64,000 nucleotides of DNA, from positions 735,031 through 799,030 of the forward strand of contig CAVWZG010000003.1 of assembly GCA_963759415.1 (NCBI GenBank). The letters run 5' to 3'. The DNA is from an uncultured Verrucomicrobiae bacterium. Lineage in GTDB: Bacteria; Verrucomicrobiota; Verrucomicrobiia; Limisphaerales; Palsa-1400. The notes under the pieces were generated by a model that ran no database searches, was not told the DNA's origin, and saw only the letters and a list, made by a program, of their open reading frames with translations. Positions 8,539 through 18,900 of this stretch are shown piece by piece (position 1 is the stretch's first letter; every line of letters starts with the position of its first letter). The translations under genes were made by a program, and so were the position numbers.

Positions 8539-10392
8539 TCAACTGACGTCAAGGGGCGTGATCTTCCAGACCTCTTTCGCCAGCTCGATTAGCATCGTCT
8601 GGCGTTGGGTAATGGTTTCGCCGGTCCAATCGTCAAACGACGCCAGCTTTTCGTTGATTCGGCTGATGGAGCTGTTGTTGCCGACGGGCGTCAGGGCGGC
8701 GATGCTGCTGGTGAGGTAGTGTTTGCACTTCGCGTATTCCACCTTCTTGGCTGCGAAAAAGTCGTTGCTAGCGACAATGTTGATCGGCTTTTCCAGCAAC
8801 GTCAGATTGCCGAGCCTGATTTTGCAATCTTGATAGGTGGCTTTGGTGTTCTTGGCTGCGAAATCATCAAGGAGGGCCTGCTTTGGATTGTCCGGGAGGA
8901 TGTGCTCGACCTGGAGCCCGGCGTAGTCGGCTAGTGAGCCGGGCACCTTCAGCCCTTTATAGGCCATGTCCACGTGCTGGGTCAACTTGGCCAGCAGGTA
9001 GTGGGTGCGGTACTTCTGCATCGAGTAGAGCGTGTAGCGCTTGAGGGCGTCCGATAGTTCGACATCCTTGGCGGCCATGTTCTTCTGGAAATACTCGGCG
9101 ATGAACGCGTTGAGCCTTTCCTTCTGCTTTGTGGGGTCAACCTCCGCGCCAATGGCCCGCAGGTCGTCGGCCCACAAGGAGAAATTCCGCTCCAAGTCCT
9201 TGGTCGGCGTCTTGGTGAAGATGTAGTAGAAAAGGAAGCTCTCCAACTGGCCGATGAAATGGTCGAACAGGGGTTTTGGAAAGGTGCTCGCGGCGAGGAG
9301 CAGCACGTAATGCAAACTGAAGGCCCCGCCGGTCAGGCGAGCCAAGCTGAGCATGGCCAGATTGGTCTGGCCGTCGTTACCGCGCCCGCCAGCATAGGCC
9401 AGGTAGTGCTCCACGTTGCGGGTGATTTTGCGGACAAACTCAAACGGCTTTTCCGTGTAGCCGCAGAGCTTGGCGTTCTCCTTTTTGGTCAGCCAATCGT
9501 AGATCTCATCCTCGCGGACGACGGCGTCCTTGCGCTCTTCATCGCCCCGTTCGACCTCGATCTTGTAGTTGGCCATCAGGAAATAGCGGAGGAAGCGCAA
9601 CGGCTTTTCCTTGGCCTGCTCCAGCGGCTTGGTGATCTTCTTCCATTCGTCCTTTAGCCGGGTGAACTCGGCGGTGCGGACGTGGGTGAACAGCAGGTTC
9701 TTCAACAGGTCCATCGGGTTCAAGCCGACGCCGCGCTCGTTGATGGTCTCAAATATTTTAAGCGCGCTGCTGACATCCGTCGAGATTTGGATGAAAACGA
9801 CGTTGTTGGCCAGGTAACCCCAGTACTTTCTCAGCGTTCCTTTGGCCTGGTGTGTGTCGCGTAGATGCCGGTACAGCAGGTCGTAGGCGTTCAGGAGGTT
9901 TTCCAGGGACCCAAAACTGGCGATGCCGGCGGCTTGGATGCCGGCGCGGGTCGCCTGCGGGTCGGCGTCCAGCGCGACGATTTTGGCCATGACCTCTCCA
10001 GCGTTCTCGTAGCGGGGCTCAAGCTTGAGATTGGTCCTTGTCTCGCCGTCGGTAGATGTGTAGCTGGTGGAAATCAGACCGGTGATGGTCTGGTGCTGCG
10101 GTTCGTTGCGGAAAAAATGTTGCAGCGCGCACAGGAGGAGGAAAAACGTGGTCAGTCGTTGCTGGCCGTCGATCACCTCAAAATGGTTCTTCTGGTCGGT
10201 GGGGGACACCAACACGGTGCCGATGAAGTATTCTCGACTAGCCCCTCCGTCCAGTTGCTCGTTGATGTCGTCGAGCAACTGCTGCACTTCCTTGTCCGTC
10301 CAGACGAATTCGCGCTGGTAGTCGGGCACAATGTAGAAGCACTCGCGGAACGCTTCCTCGATGCTGTATCTGTAGTTTTCGATTCTGGCCAT
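8539..10392 (-). CDS. DUF262 + DUF1524 protein (GmrSD/BrxU-like type IV restriction enzyme family)
   Basis: N-terminal YIVPDYQREFVW and VIDGQQRLTTFFLL (DUF262/ParB-like DGQQR motif). C-terminal VEHILPDNP...LGNLTLLEKPIN (DUF1524 His-Me finger pattern). Confidence 0.85.
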   Translation of the reverse strand: MARIENYRYSIEEAFRECFYIVPDYQREFVWTDKEVQQLLDDINEQLDGGASREYFIGTVLVSPTDQKNHFEVIDGQQRLTTFFLLLCALQHFFRNEPQHQTITGLISTSYTSTDGETRTNLKLEPRYENAGEVMAKIVALDADPQATRAGIQAAGIASFGSLENLLNAYDLLYRHLRDTHQAKGTLRKYWGYLANNVVFIQISTDVSSALKIFETINERGVGLNPMDLLKNLLFTHVRTAEFTRLKDEWKKITKPLEQAKEKPLRFLRYFLMANYKIEVERGDEERKDAVVREDEIYDWLTKKENAKLCGYTEKPFEFVRKITRNVEHYLAYAGGRGNDGQTNLAMLSLARLTGGAFSLHYVLLLAASTFPKPLFDHFIGQLESFLFYYIFTKTPTKDLERNFSLWADDLRAIGAEVDPTKQKERLNAFIAEYFQKNMAAKDVELSDALKRYTLYSMQKYRTHYLLAKLTQHVDMAYKGLKVPGSLADYAGLQVEHILPDNPKQALLDDFAAKNTKATYQDCKIRLGNLTLLEKPINIVASNDFFAAKKVEYAKCKHYLTSSIAALTPVGNNSSISRINEKLASFDDWTGETITQRQTMLIELAKEVWKITPLDVS

Positions 10393-10429
10393 GGTTTTCT
10401 TTTTTTATTGGCTTAGATGGACGTGCCGC

Positions 10430-11125
10430 TCAGTGGCGCCTCCTGCGCTGCGCGGCCGGAGGTGCGGTCACCGCCTCCTCGAAGGATTTGTTCGCTAACT
10501 GCTCGATCAGGCGAACGAAGGACGGGCAGCACCCAAGTCGTGTAAAACGTGTTGTGCTGGCAGCCCTGAAAATGGCGGGCGTGTCGGTGAACTTTTGGAA
10601 TTCGACGTTGTGGCTGCGGAAGAGCGCATCAAGAACGTCCTCGGGGTAGGGCTCTGACTCTGGGCGTCGGGTCCGTCGGGTCCGCACCCGGACGCCGCCC
10701 CGCACCTTATCTTCGAGGACCGAACGCAAGGCTGCTTCGTCCGCCAGGCACCACGCTTCCAACTCTTGCGGGATGCAAAGGAGCACGATGTTTTCTCTGC
10801 ATACCGACCCATGTTGGGTCGCCTTGAGGCTTTTCCAGATACTGACCGAGTCGATCACACAGTCGCCGTCTCGGTAGCGTTTGGTTCTAGCTTGCTGCCT
10901 CCAAGCGACTTCGGCGGGGTGCCAGTCCCACATAATGAAGACCCGGTCGCAGCCCTGGTCGAAGAGGCGGGTGGCGTCACTCGCAGCGTTCTTAAGGAGA
11001 AGGCCTTTGTTGCCCTGCGGAAGGACTATGAATTGATCGCGAGGACAGAAACACTGCATGAGCGACCTGACCGCCTGGTGCTCCGGTCCCTGCAGGGTGG
11101 ATTCAACGATAAAGCCGATTTTCAT
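10430..11125 (-). CDS. DUF4276-like protein (putative TOPRIM/OLD-like nuclease partner of the upstream ATPase)
   Basis: N-terminal KIGFIVES..GPEH acidic motif and IPQELEAWCLADEAAL, which I recall as the DUF4276 signature. ATGA start/stop overlap with the ATPase gene. Confidence 0.65.
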   Translation of the reverse strand: MKIGFIVESTLQGPEHQAVRSLMQCFCPRDQFIVLPQGNKGLLLKNAASDATRLFDQGCDRVFIMWDWHPAEVAWRQQARTKRYRDGDCVIDSVSIWKSLKATQHGSVCRENIVLLCIPQELEAWCLADEAALRSVLEDKVRGGVRVRTRRTRRPESEPYPEDVLDALFRSHNVEFQKFTDTPAIFRAASTTRFTRLGCCPSFVRLIEQLANKSFEEAVTAPPAAQRRRRH

Positions 11126-12297
11126 TTCTGCGTCCCCAGAAGGCCCTTCTTGTACATGTCTCCCAAACTAAATGACTTGGCCCAATTTCGCAGCTCTTTC
11201 GAGTCGCCTGGACGATGAAAGGCGGGCTCGCCTGAAGCGTTACGCTCCACCGTTATGACGTGCTCCAAGAGGACCTGGTCCAGGAGATAGGGAGAATGGG
11301 TCGTGGCGATGATTTGGCTTCGGCCAGACTTCACCGCGCGACGTATCTCGTCCAGGAGCAGCCCGATCGTTCGCGGATCCAAGCCGTTCTCAATTTCCTC
11401 GATCACTATTAGGGGGGATGGAGTCGGATGCCGCAGGACTGCCAGCAGGGCCGCGGCGCGCAGTGTGCCGCTCGATAGCAGCCAGCCTGGAACCTTGAAA
11501 TCCTTCTCCACCATGGACAGGTGGACGGTGCGCTCCAGTTCGGAGGTGACCTCTGGTTGCAGATCGCGCGCGTACGGCAATACGAATTTCAGTGCCTCAA
11601 CAATGCCGGCAAAGGCTGCCTCGTCGAGATTTCGCAGGTGGTGCAGATACTCTCCGATACCCGAACCGTCTTCTTCCAAAACGGTGGCCGTCTTGGCCAA
11701 CCGTTGCGGCCTCGGCAAACCCATTTGGCCTGGGGAGAGGGAGAGGAACTGCCATCTGACGATTACCTTCGTGATGCCATCGGCCAGGAGTGATACGTCC
11801 GCGGGCAAGGGCGTCTGGAAGGGTAGATTGTCCTCGCCCCATGTTACCTTCCCCTGCTTACGGATAAGATGCGCCTCATTGGCCACGTTGACCTCCTCGG
11901 AATCCAGCCGCAGGTCGTTAAAGCCGCGATTGTCCCGAACTTCTGTTTTGGACTCGAAGGCGTGCCCTCTTACTTCTCCAGTCAGCTCAAAGCTCATGGG
12001 TTGTTCCCAGTCGAGGTCGTCGCCCTCCTTCGGTTTGAGCTGTTCGCTTTTGTGAAAAACGTGCTGGAAACCCTTCCAGCGCCGCATCGCTTGATCGAGG
12101 CCCACCGTAGCGATGTCGTTCAGTGTTTGTAACCCTTCAACCAGGCTGCTTTTTCCACTTCCGTTGTTGCCGACGAAGACAGTGAACGGCGTGAATTGAA
12201 CAACACCGCTGTCATGGATCGCCTTGAAGTTGCGGAGCCTGAAAGAGTTGATGAACCATTTTGGCTGTCCGTCTTTAGGTGCGGGGCGGGATTTCAT
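11122..12297 (-). CDS. ABC-type AAA ATPase (AAA_21/AAA_15-like)
   Basis: Walker A FVGNNGSGKSSLVEGL. Walker B/D-loop LIVIEEIENGLDP. ATTHSP switch. ATGA overlap with the methyltransferase stop. Confidence 0.85.
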   Translation of the reverse strand: MKSRPAPKDGQPKWFINSFRLRNFKAIHDSGVVQFTPFTVFVGNNGSGKSSLVEGLQTLNDIATVGLDQAMRRWKGFQHVFHKSEQLKPKEGDDLDWEQPMSFELTGEVRGHAFESKTEVRDNRGFNDLRLDSEEVNVANEAHLIRKQGKVTWGEDNLPFQTPLPADVSLLADGITKVIVRWQFLSLSPGQMGLPRPQRLAKTATVLEEDGSGIGEYLHHLRNLDEAAFAGIVEALKFVLPYARDLQPEVTSELERTVHLSMVEKDFKVPGWLLSSGTLRAAALLAVLRHPTPSPLIVIEEIENGLDPRTIGLLLDEIRRAVKSGRSQIIATTHSPYLLDQVLLEHVITVERNASGEPAFHRPGDSKELRNWAKSFSLGDMYKKGLLGTQK

Positions 12298-15200
12298 TTG
12301 ATGAGTCCTAGTTGAACGTCACGAAAGGCATTTCGAGTAGCCACTTTTACGGGTTCGGGAACAAGGGGAAAAGTATTAAGGATGTGCGTGAACTCGGACT
12401 CGGTGAGGCCGTAAAGGTGGGCGATGAGGCCGTCTAGCTCGGCCCGGAGGCGGGCGCGGGCGGCGGCGTCCGTGACGCCCTTTACGGCGGCAGGCAGTTT
12501 GAGCGCGGTGCTGACTTCCTTGGCCAGCGCGTCAAATTCCGGCGCGGTGCAAGTCAACTGCGTCGCCCGCTGGACGATCGGGCGAAACGCGGCGTCCGTC
12601 GCCGCCAGGCGGGGAACCGAAAGCTGGTAGAGGAAAAAGCTGTTTAGGTTTGTCGTCATCTTCGCGCGAAGCGAGTAATCAACGACGAAGCTGTTCAGCA
12701 ATGCCGTTAGAAGCACGAGTTCAGCGGCGGAGAATCGGTGTTGGGCGTAGCGTGCTTTGTCGTGATGAAATGGAAAGTGGACTGCCAGCGAATTGCCGGT
12801 CACCGAGCCTGGCGGAATAATTGCCACGATAAGTGTCCGCTCGTTGGTGTTGGAAGCGATTTTCCGCAAGGCTAGGCGAAACGTTTCGTAATCATTACGC
12901 ATGTCCTTCGGAACGGCGTTAAGTCCTTCGGTGCGCTTAACCCTTTTCTCGAGGAACGATTCGCGGATGTCCCGTTCGGTAATCCAGTATTGCGGCTTTG
13001 CATACTGGTGGTCGAACTGCCAAATCATGCCTCCTTCGTAGAGGAGCGTCTTTGTCGGCTTCGTCTTGAAAAGATGCGAAGCGCGATTCATGTGAAGCTC
13101 CTCGCCGTAGATTTCGAGCCCCCAACCCTTCTCGCTATCGCTGAGAAACGGAAACTTGAGGAGCTTCTCGGCGATCTCGATGTCCATCTGTGTTTTGAAC
13201 TCGGGGACTGACAATGAATCGGGTGAGAGCTTCTGAACCAAGGCAAGCGGGATGTGGAGCGAGTGGCTGTTTGGAAATGCATTCAACTCGGCCACGTCGT
13301 GCCTCATGAACGCGGCGGGAAAATCGCTGGTCTGCCCGCCTTTCTCAAAGGTTAGGACGACGAACTTGAAGCTGCGGTGAACGCCCTCGAAGACTTCGTT
13401 GCGATTCTCAAAGCAGAAGAGCCCTTCGACGGCAGTTTTGGCGAACAGCATTTGACGGAGTTGTTTTGCGCCCAAGTCGGTGTAGACGCCGCTTGGAATC
13501 ACGATGCCGCACTGTCCGCCGTTCTTGAGCAAATTGAACGACTGCTCAAGGAACACTTTGTAGAGATTCACGTCGGCGCCGACTTTTCTGCCATTCACCT
13601 CGGACGTTTGATTCGGGAACTGTCTGGCCTTACGGAAATAGACGATCTGGTGCGGGAACTGGCTCTTGTATTCGAGCCAGGCGTCGCAAACGTCGGTGTC
13701 CCGCAGCAACTTCGCTTGCTCTTCCTCGAAATCATGGATGGTCATCTTCTTCTTGGTGACCAGGTCAGAGTATCTGGAGCAGAATTCTTTTGCCTGCGGT
13801 TTGAATATCTCCCAGGGCGGATTCGTGATGATGCCGTCGAAGCCCCCTTCGGCGAGGACTTTGTCAAACTCGTAGGCCCAGTGAAGAGGAATGAGCGCCT
13901 GAATATCGGATATCTTGAGGGCGCGTTTCTCAGACTCGCCCTCCTCACCGGCTGCTTTAGCCCAGGTTGCTTGTTCGAATTGGATGCCGAGGGCTTTAAA
14001 TTCGTCCAGGAGCATCTGATTCAGGCGGTCGTAGGATTCCCGGCGGACGTTCTCAATGTCGCTGCGGAGTTGGATGAGCGCCACTTCCTGCGTGACCGCA
14101 TCGCGGTCGTGACGCTCGAAAGCGTGTTTTCGATAGAGCTCAATGGACTTGTTCTTATGTTCCAAGATGGCGGCGAATCGCGCGGCGTGTTGTTGGGAGA
14201 CGAACGCGGTGGCTTTTTCCTCCTTGGTCGGCGCGGTTTTGGTCTCGACCGTGAAACCGAGGTCGCTGCTGTGTTGAAGTGTCAGCCTTTCCTGAGCGCC
14301 GCCGCTCTTCTGCTGCCCGGCATCGAACTTAGCCGGGTCAATGCGGAGCAAGCCGATGAGCGAGTTGCCGGCGAGGATATTGAAGTCAATGTTCGGCAGC
14401 GGCTCAAGCTGGTCTTCGGTTTGTGCGGAGGCGACGAGCGCGAGGAAAAGGCGCAGGCGGGCGATTTCACTGCCTTCCTCCATGATGTCCACGCCGAAGA
14501 GATTGTTCGTGATAATTTGCTTCTTGATGAAGTAGAGGACAGACGGGTGCTCGGCCTGGGTCTGCTTGTGCCACTTCGCGAGTTCCACGTCGTTCAGGAA
14601 TTGAATCTTGCCGATGACGGCGGAGTAAATGGCGATGAGCACCTTCATGGCGGCGACAAGGAACGCGCCGGAGCCGCACGCGGGATCGAGCAGGCGCAGC
14701 GATGGCAGGATCTCGAACAGGAGCGCCCTGCAAAGGTTGGCGTCCAGGTTTAGCAGGAGGTCGGAGATGGTGGCGAAGCGGCGGTTGAGCGCCTTATTCA
14801 CACGGTTGAGGACGAGCTTGTAGATGGTGCGCTCGCACAGGTAGCCGGTCATTTCGTGCCGGGTGTAGTAGGCGCCGAATTCCTTTTGGTTGATGTACTT
14901 CTCGAAGATGTAGCCGAGGACATCGGGATTGATCTCATGGTCGTCGCCCCCGGGCGTGTCGTTGAGATTCCAAGAGTAGCGACTGAACAGCGCGAAAATG
15001 TTTTCGAACGCGACATCGGGGATTTTGATGCGCTGCTTGTCGGGGAAGCCATGGTTGAGCTCGACGCGGTGCGGCAGGAACAGGCCGCCGTTCAGGTAGC
15101 GGATTTTACCGAGCAGTGCGCGGGCAGCCGGGCTGCGGGCGAGCTCCGGCTGGGCGAAGCCTTCGAAGAACAGCGATTTGAGGAAGCCAGAGTAAAATGT

Positions 15201-15911
15201 ATCCGCGCCGCGCTTTTTAGATGCGGCGAGTTTGTTGGTGAGGTAATCGCGATCCGCGCCGTCGAGGAAGCCTTTGCGCTGGAGGAACCAGATGAACATG
15301 AGGCGGTTCATTAGCACGGACGCATACCAGCGGCGCTGGTGGTCGTCGTTGATGCCCTGGATGTGTTCGACGAACGCGAGGCGCTGGGTGTCAAACTCGC
15401 CGTAGAACTTTTTGGTGACGCGTTCGACATCGAGCGCGGCTTTGAGGCGACCGGCGACTTCGGTGACGGGGATGTTGCCCTCGGCGTCGAGTTCGCTGAT
15501 GTCCACGACCATCGCGGCGAGCTTGCTCAAGAACAGGTCGCCGGGCTGGCCTTTGACGTAGAGGTGATCGCGGGCATGGGTCTTGCCGGCCTCGCGTTTG
15601 ACCCAGTACCAGAGGCTTTGGGTGCGGGCGGCGTCGAGGAAGATGAGGAGGTTTTCAACGTGCTCCTCGGCTACGTGCTTTTGGATGGCGGCGCGGGCCT
15701 TTGCGTCCGGGATGCCGTTGCCGGTGGTGACTTCAAAGACAACCACACCGGCCAACTGCGCAATGGGTGTCCGGGTGTATGGCGTTTCTTTGACCTGGGC
15801 CTTGATCGGGTTGCGCGACTTGGGGTTCGACCAGCCGAGTTCGTCAATGAACAGGCGCGCAAACTCGAATTTTTGGAGACGGTCGCGAGTGGTGGCGATG
15901 TTGAGCGGCAT
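12294..15911 (-). CDS. Large (1205 aa) N6-adenine DNA methyltransferase, Eco57I/PglX/DrmMI-like, with N- and C-terminal extra domains
   Basis: Motif I LLDPACGSGAFLVAAM. Motif IV GIITNPPWEIFKP. LAGNSLIGL. N-terminal FARLFIDELGWSNP. No obvious nuclease motif seen. Confidence 0.85.
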   Translation of the reverse strand: MPLNIATTRDRLQKFEFARLFIDELGWSNPKSRNPIKAQVKETPYTRTPIAQLAGVVVFEVTTGNGIPDAKARAAIQKHVAEEHVENLLIFLDAARTQSLWYWVKREAGKTHARDHLYVKGQPGDLFLSKLAAMVVDISELDAEGNIPVTEVAGRLKAALDVERVTKKFYGEFDTQRLAFVEHIQGINDDHQRRWYASVLMNRLMFIWFLQRKGFLDGADRDYLTNKLAASKKRGADTFYSGFLKSLFFEGFAQPELARSPAARALLGKIRYLNGGLFLPHRVELNHGFPDKQRIKIPDVAFENIFALFSRYSWNLNDTPGGDDHEINPDVLGYIFEKYINQKEFGAYYTRHEMTGYLCERTIYKLVLNRVNKALNRRFATISDLLLNLDANLCRALLFEILPSLRLLDPACGSGAFLVAAMKVLIAIYSAVIGKIQFLNDVELAKWHKQTQAEHPSVLYFIKKQIITNNLFGVDIMEEGSEIARLRLFLALVASAQTEDQLEPLPNIDFNILAGNSLIGLLRIDPAKFDAGQQKSGGAQERLTLQHSSDLGFTVETKTAPTKEEKATAFVSQQHAARFAAILEHKNKSIELYRKHAFERHDRDAVTQEVALIQLRSDIENVRRESYDRLNQMLLDEFKALGIQFEQATWAKAAGEEGESEKRALKISDIQALIPLHWAYEFDKVLAEGGFDGIITNPPWEIFKPQAKEFCSRYSDLVTKKKMTIHDFEEEQAKLLRDTDVCDAWLEYKSQFPHQIVYFRKARQFPNQTSEVNGRKVGADVNLYKVFLEQSFNLLKNGGQCGIVIPSGVYTDLGAKQLRQMLFAKTAVEGLFCFENRNEVFEGVHRSFKFVVLTFEKGGQTSDFPAAFMRHDVAELNAFPNSHSLHIPLALVQKLSPDSLSVPEFKTQMDIEIAEKLLKFPFLSDSEKGWGLEIYGEELHMNRASHLFKTKPTKTLLYEGGMIWQFDHQYAKPQYWITERDIRESFLEKRVKRTEGLNAVPKDMRNDYETFRLALRKIASNTNERTLIVAIIPPGSVTGNSLAVHFPFHHDKARYAQHRFSAAELVLLTALLNSFVVDYSLRAKMTTNLNSFFLYQLSVPRLAATDAAFRPIVQRATQLTCTAPEFDALAKEVSTALKLPAAVKGVTDAAARARLRAELDGLIAHLYGLTESEFTHILNTFPLVPEPVKVATRNAFRDVQLGLIK

Positions 15912-15913
15912 GG

Positions 15914-18900
15914 TCAGGGATTTCTAATTCCGAGGGAACAGATGATGCGCGGCTCGCGGGTTTCGGTGTCGTCCTCGTGGACGCACAGACGGTCTTCTTC
16001 GTGGAGCGCGAGAACCAGGTCAGCCAGCTTGTTGTTGCTGACGCCTGTGCGCAGCTCGCGGGCCAGCGTTTCGCGCGCCGATTCCTGCAATGGGCGGGCG
16101 AAGATAGCCTCGATGGCCCGAGTCAGGAGTTTGGTGTCGAACAGCGTGTCGCGCATGGACTCAGCATAGTCTTTCAAGTGCTCGTACACGCGGCGGCGGG
16201 CACTGGTGGGACGGCCAAGCGCGCCGCCTTCGGTGCGTTGTTCGGCGGCGACCAACTCGACGCCGACGCGGACCAGCGCGTGATGCTTTTCGAGCCGGGG
16301 CAAGCCGGGCGTTTCCGGATCACAAGCGGCGGCACGAAGAATCTCGTGCTGCGATTCCGTGACCGTGCGGCCTTCCTCGTCCACCCATGCCAGCGCGTCA
16401 TTGTCGTCGGCGGTGCGAACATAGACCATGACGCCCGTGGCGGCGGTTTTGCCCGGCGCGACCGGCACGGCGGAGAGCGGCTTGGTGGCGAAAATGACGT
16501 TGGGCAGGTCGGGCACGGTCTTTTTAAGCGCCGGGTTGAGGTCGGTGGCGTTCTTCCAAATCTGGTAAGCTTGCGAGGCGAGGTCCACTTCGTTGTCGTC
16601 GGGGTCGTCAAGCACGCCGGATTTTTCGGTGAAGAGATCAAGAATGGTGGGGTCGTGCTTTTCGTCTTCGAAAAAGGTTTCGTCCGTGCCGACAACCTCG
16701 GCGTTTTCGTGCAACCGTTGGCGGACGCGCGAGCGCAACCGGATGAGGCGCTCGACACCGTCGGCAGGCAGGAAGGAGTAGCAGAGGATTTCCTCAGAGC
16801 GCTGGCCGATACGGTCCACGCGGCCAGCGCGCTGGATGAGGCGGATGATGGCCCAGGGCAGGTCGTAGTTTACGACGATGGCGGCGTCCTGGAGATTCTG
16901 GCCTTCGCTCAGAACATCGGTGGCGACGAGAAGGCGTAATTCTTCGGTAGCAGAAATTTTCTCGCGGCAGCGGTTGCTGTTGGGGCTGAACCGCCGCGCA
17001 TACTCGGACGGGTCGTCATTGTCACCAGTTACGGCGGCAAGTTCTTTCACGCCGCGTTTCCGCAACTCCGCGTTGAGGTATTCCACGGTATCTGCGAACT
17101 GGCTAAAGATCAGGATCTTGTCCTTCGGATGCTTTCTGGTAATGAGTTTGTGAAGCTCGGCGAGTTTGGTGTCCGTGTCGGGCTGCCAATGGCCGGAAAG
17201 CGTGAGGATCGAGAAAAGGCGGTCAATATCGTGTTGCAGGTGCTTGGCAAGGTCCGCGACGAACAAGCCCGGACGGAGCCAATCGAAGCGGTTGCTGTAA
17301 TGGCGGGTCAGGAAGTCGTAGCCGGCGACGGCTTGCTTCCGAAAATCGTCGAGGGATGTGCAACCCGCGAGGTTCAGTGTGTGGTTGGTGTGGTCTGTGC
17401 CGCCGTCGAAAAAATCGCCGGGCGTAGTCGTGGTGTCGCCGTCCGCGTCGTCGCCGCGAGTGTCGAAGAGCGCGGCGTCCTGGGTGCCAATGGGCAGCGG
17501 CTGCCCGGACTCGATGGCGTGGAGGTAAAGGTAGTTGCGGAGGATGTGGCGCTGGATGGATTGGAGGAAAGCAGAGCCGCTGCTTTCCAGCCGCTTGAAA
17601 AGGTTGGTGCGACAGAAGCCGATCAGCCGTTTGCCGGCGCGGGACAGGTTTTGGAGGACTTCGGCTTCCTCCTGGGTCGGCGGGTGGTCGAGCGTGGGAT
17701 GCACGTAGTTTGCCAGCCCGTAGCGGGGTAGATGCAACACACGGATGGTGTCCACCACCTTGTCAGAGTAGAGGCGGGCGTATTGGTCGTCCGGGTCTTT
17801 GTCGCGGATGCGAAAGGCGAGCGTGCGCGGTTTGCGTTTGGGGAAATAGAATTTGGTGCCGTCCTCCAAGAGGAGGAAGGCGCGGCCCTGCGCGGGCTTG
17901 TGTCCGTTGCAAGACGGGCACTGAGTTTGCCGCGCGAGGATGGGACTGCGGCACTGGGGGCAATCGGTGGTCGCGTAGTTTTTTTGAATGAACGAGCGCG
18001 TGCGGCGAACCATGAACAGGCGCATGAGTTCGCGCCAGTCGTCGGCGTGTTCGCTTTTCTCGAACGCGGCGAGACAATTCACCGGGCACTGATGTTTCTT
18101 GGTGAATTCCTCGACGCGGTTGTCGCAATCGCGGCGGATGTATTCCTCGGGCCGCAAGCCCAAAGCCTGCTCGGGGTCCAGGAAGAGGCGGATCTGATTC
18201 GCCAGGTCGAGGTAGGCTTTGTTATAGGGCGTGGCTGACAGTAGAATGCAGCGGGAGTCGTTGCGCTGGATGTAGTCGCGGACGACAGCGTAGGTCTTGC
18301 CCTCGCGATTGCGGAGATTGTGGCTTTCGTCGAGAAGCACAATGCGATAGCGGCGCAAATCGGGAAGCTGGTTGCGCGCCTGCGACAGCGGCACGATTTT
18401 GGCCAGCAAGCGAAAGCGGGCGGCGTGGTCCTCCCACATGCCGACAAGGTTCTTGGGGCAGAGGATGAGGGTTTCCAGCGAGTGCGGCGGGTCCTGGAAC
18501 ACGCGAGAAAGAGCGGTCGCCATGAGGGTTTTGCCGAGGCCGACCACGTCGCCGATGATGACACCGCCGCGTTTCTCCAAGTGGCGGGCGGCGATCTTCA
18601 CGGCGGCGGACTGGAAGTCGAAAAGCGTGTCGCGAAAATCTGAGGGGATGGAAAACTCGGACAGGCCGGCCCGGGCTTCCTCGGCCAGGTGGTAGGCCAT
18701 CTTCACGTATATCAGATATGGCGCAATGATGTCCGGGCGCGCCCAGCTTTCTGCGATGACCTGGATCAGTTCCTGCGTGATGTCGAGGCACCAGCGGTCG
18801 GCCCAACGGTCTTCGAACCACTTGGCCAATTTCGCGGTGGCGTCGTGGTCGAGGACGTCCACGTTCAATTCGCCCTGCTGGGAGAGGCCGGCGAAGGTGA

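Noticed and set aside
13377-14753. 458-aa plus-strand ORF inside the methyltransferase gene
   Set aside because: It is an antisense shadow. The minus strand carries MTase motifs I and IV.
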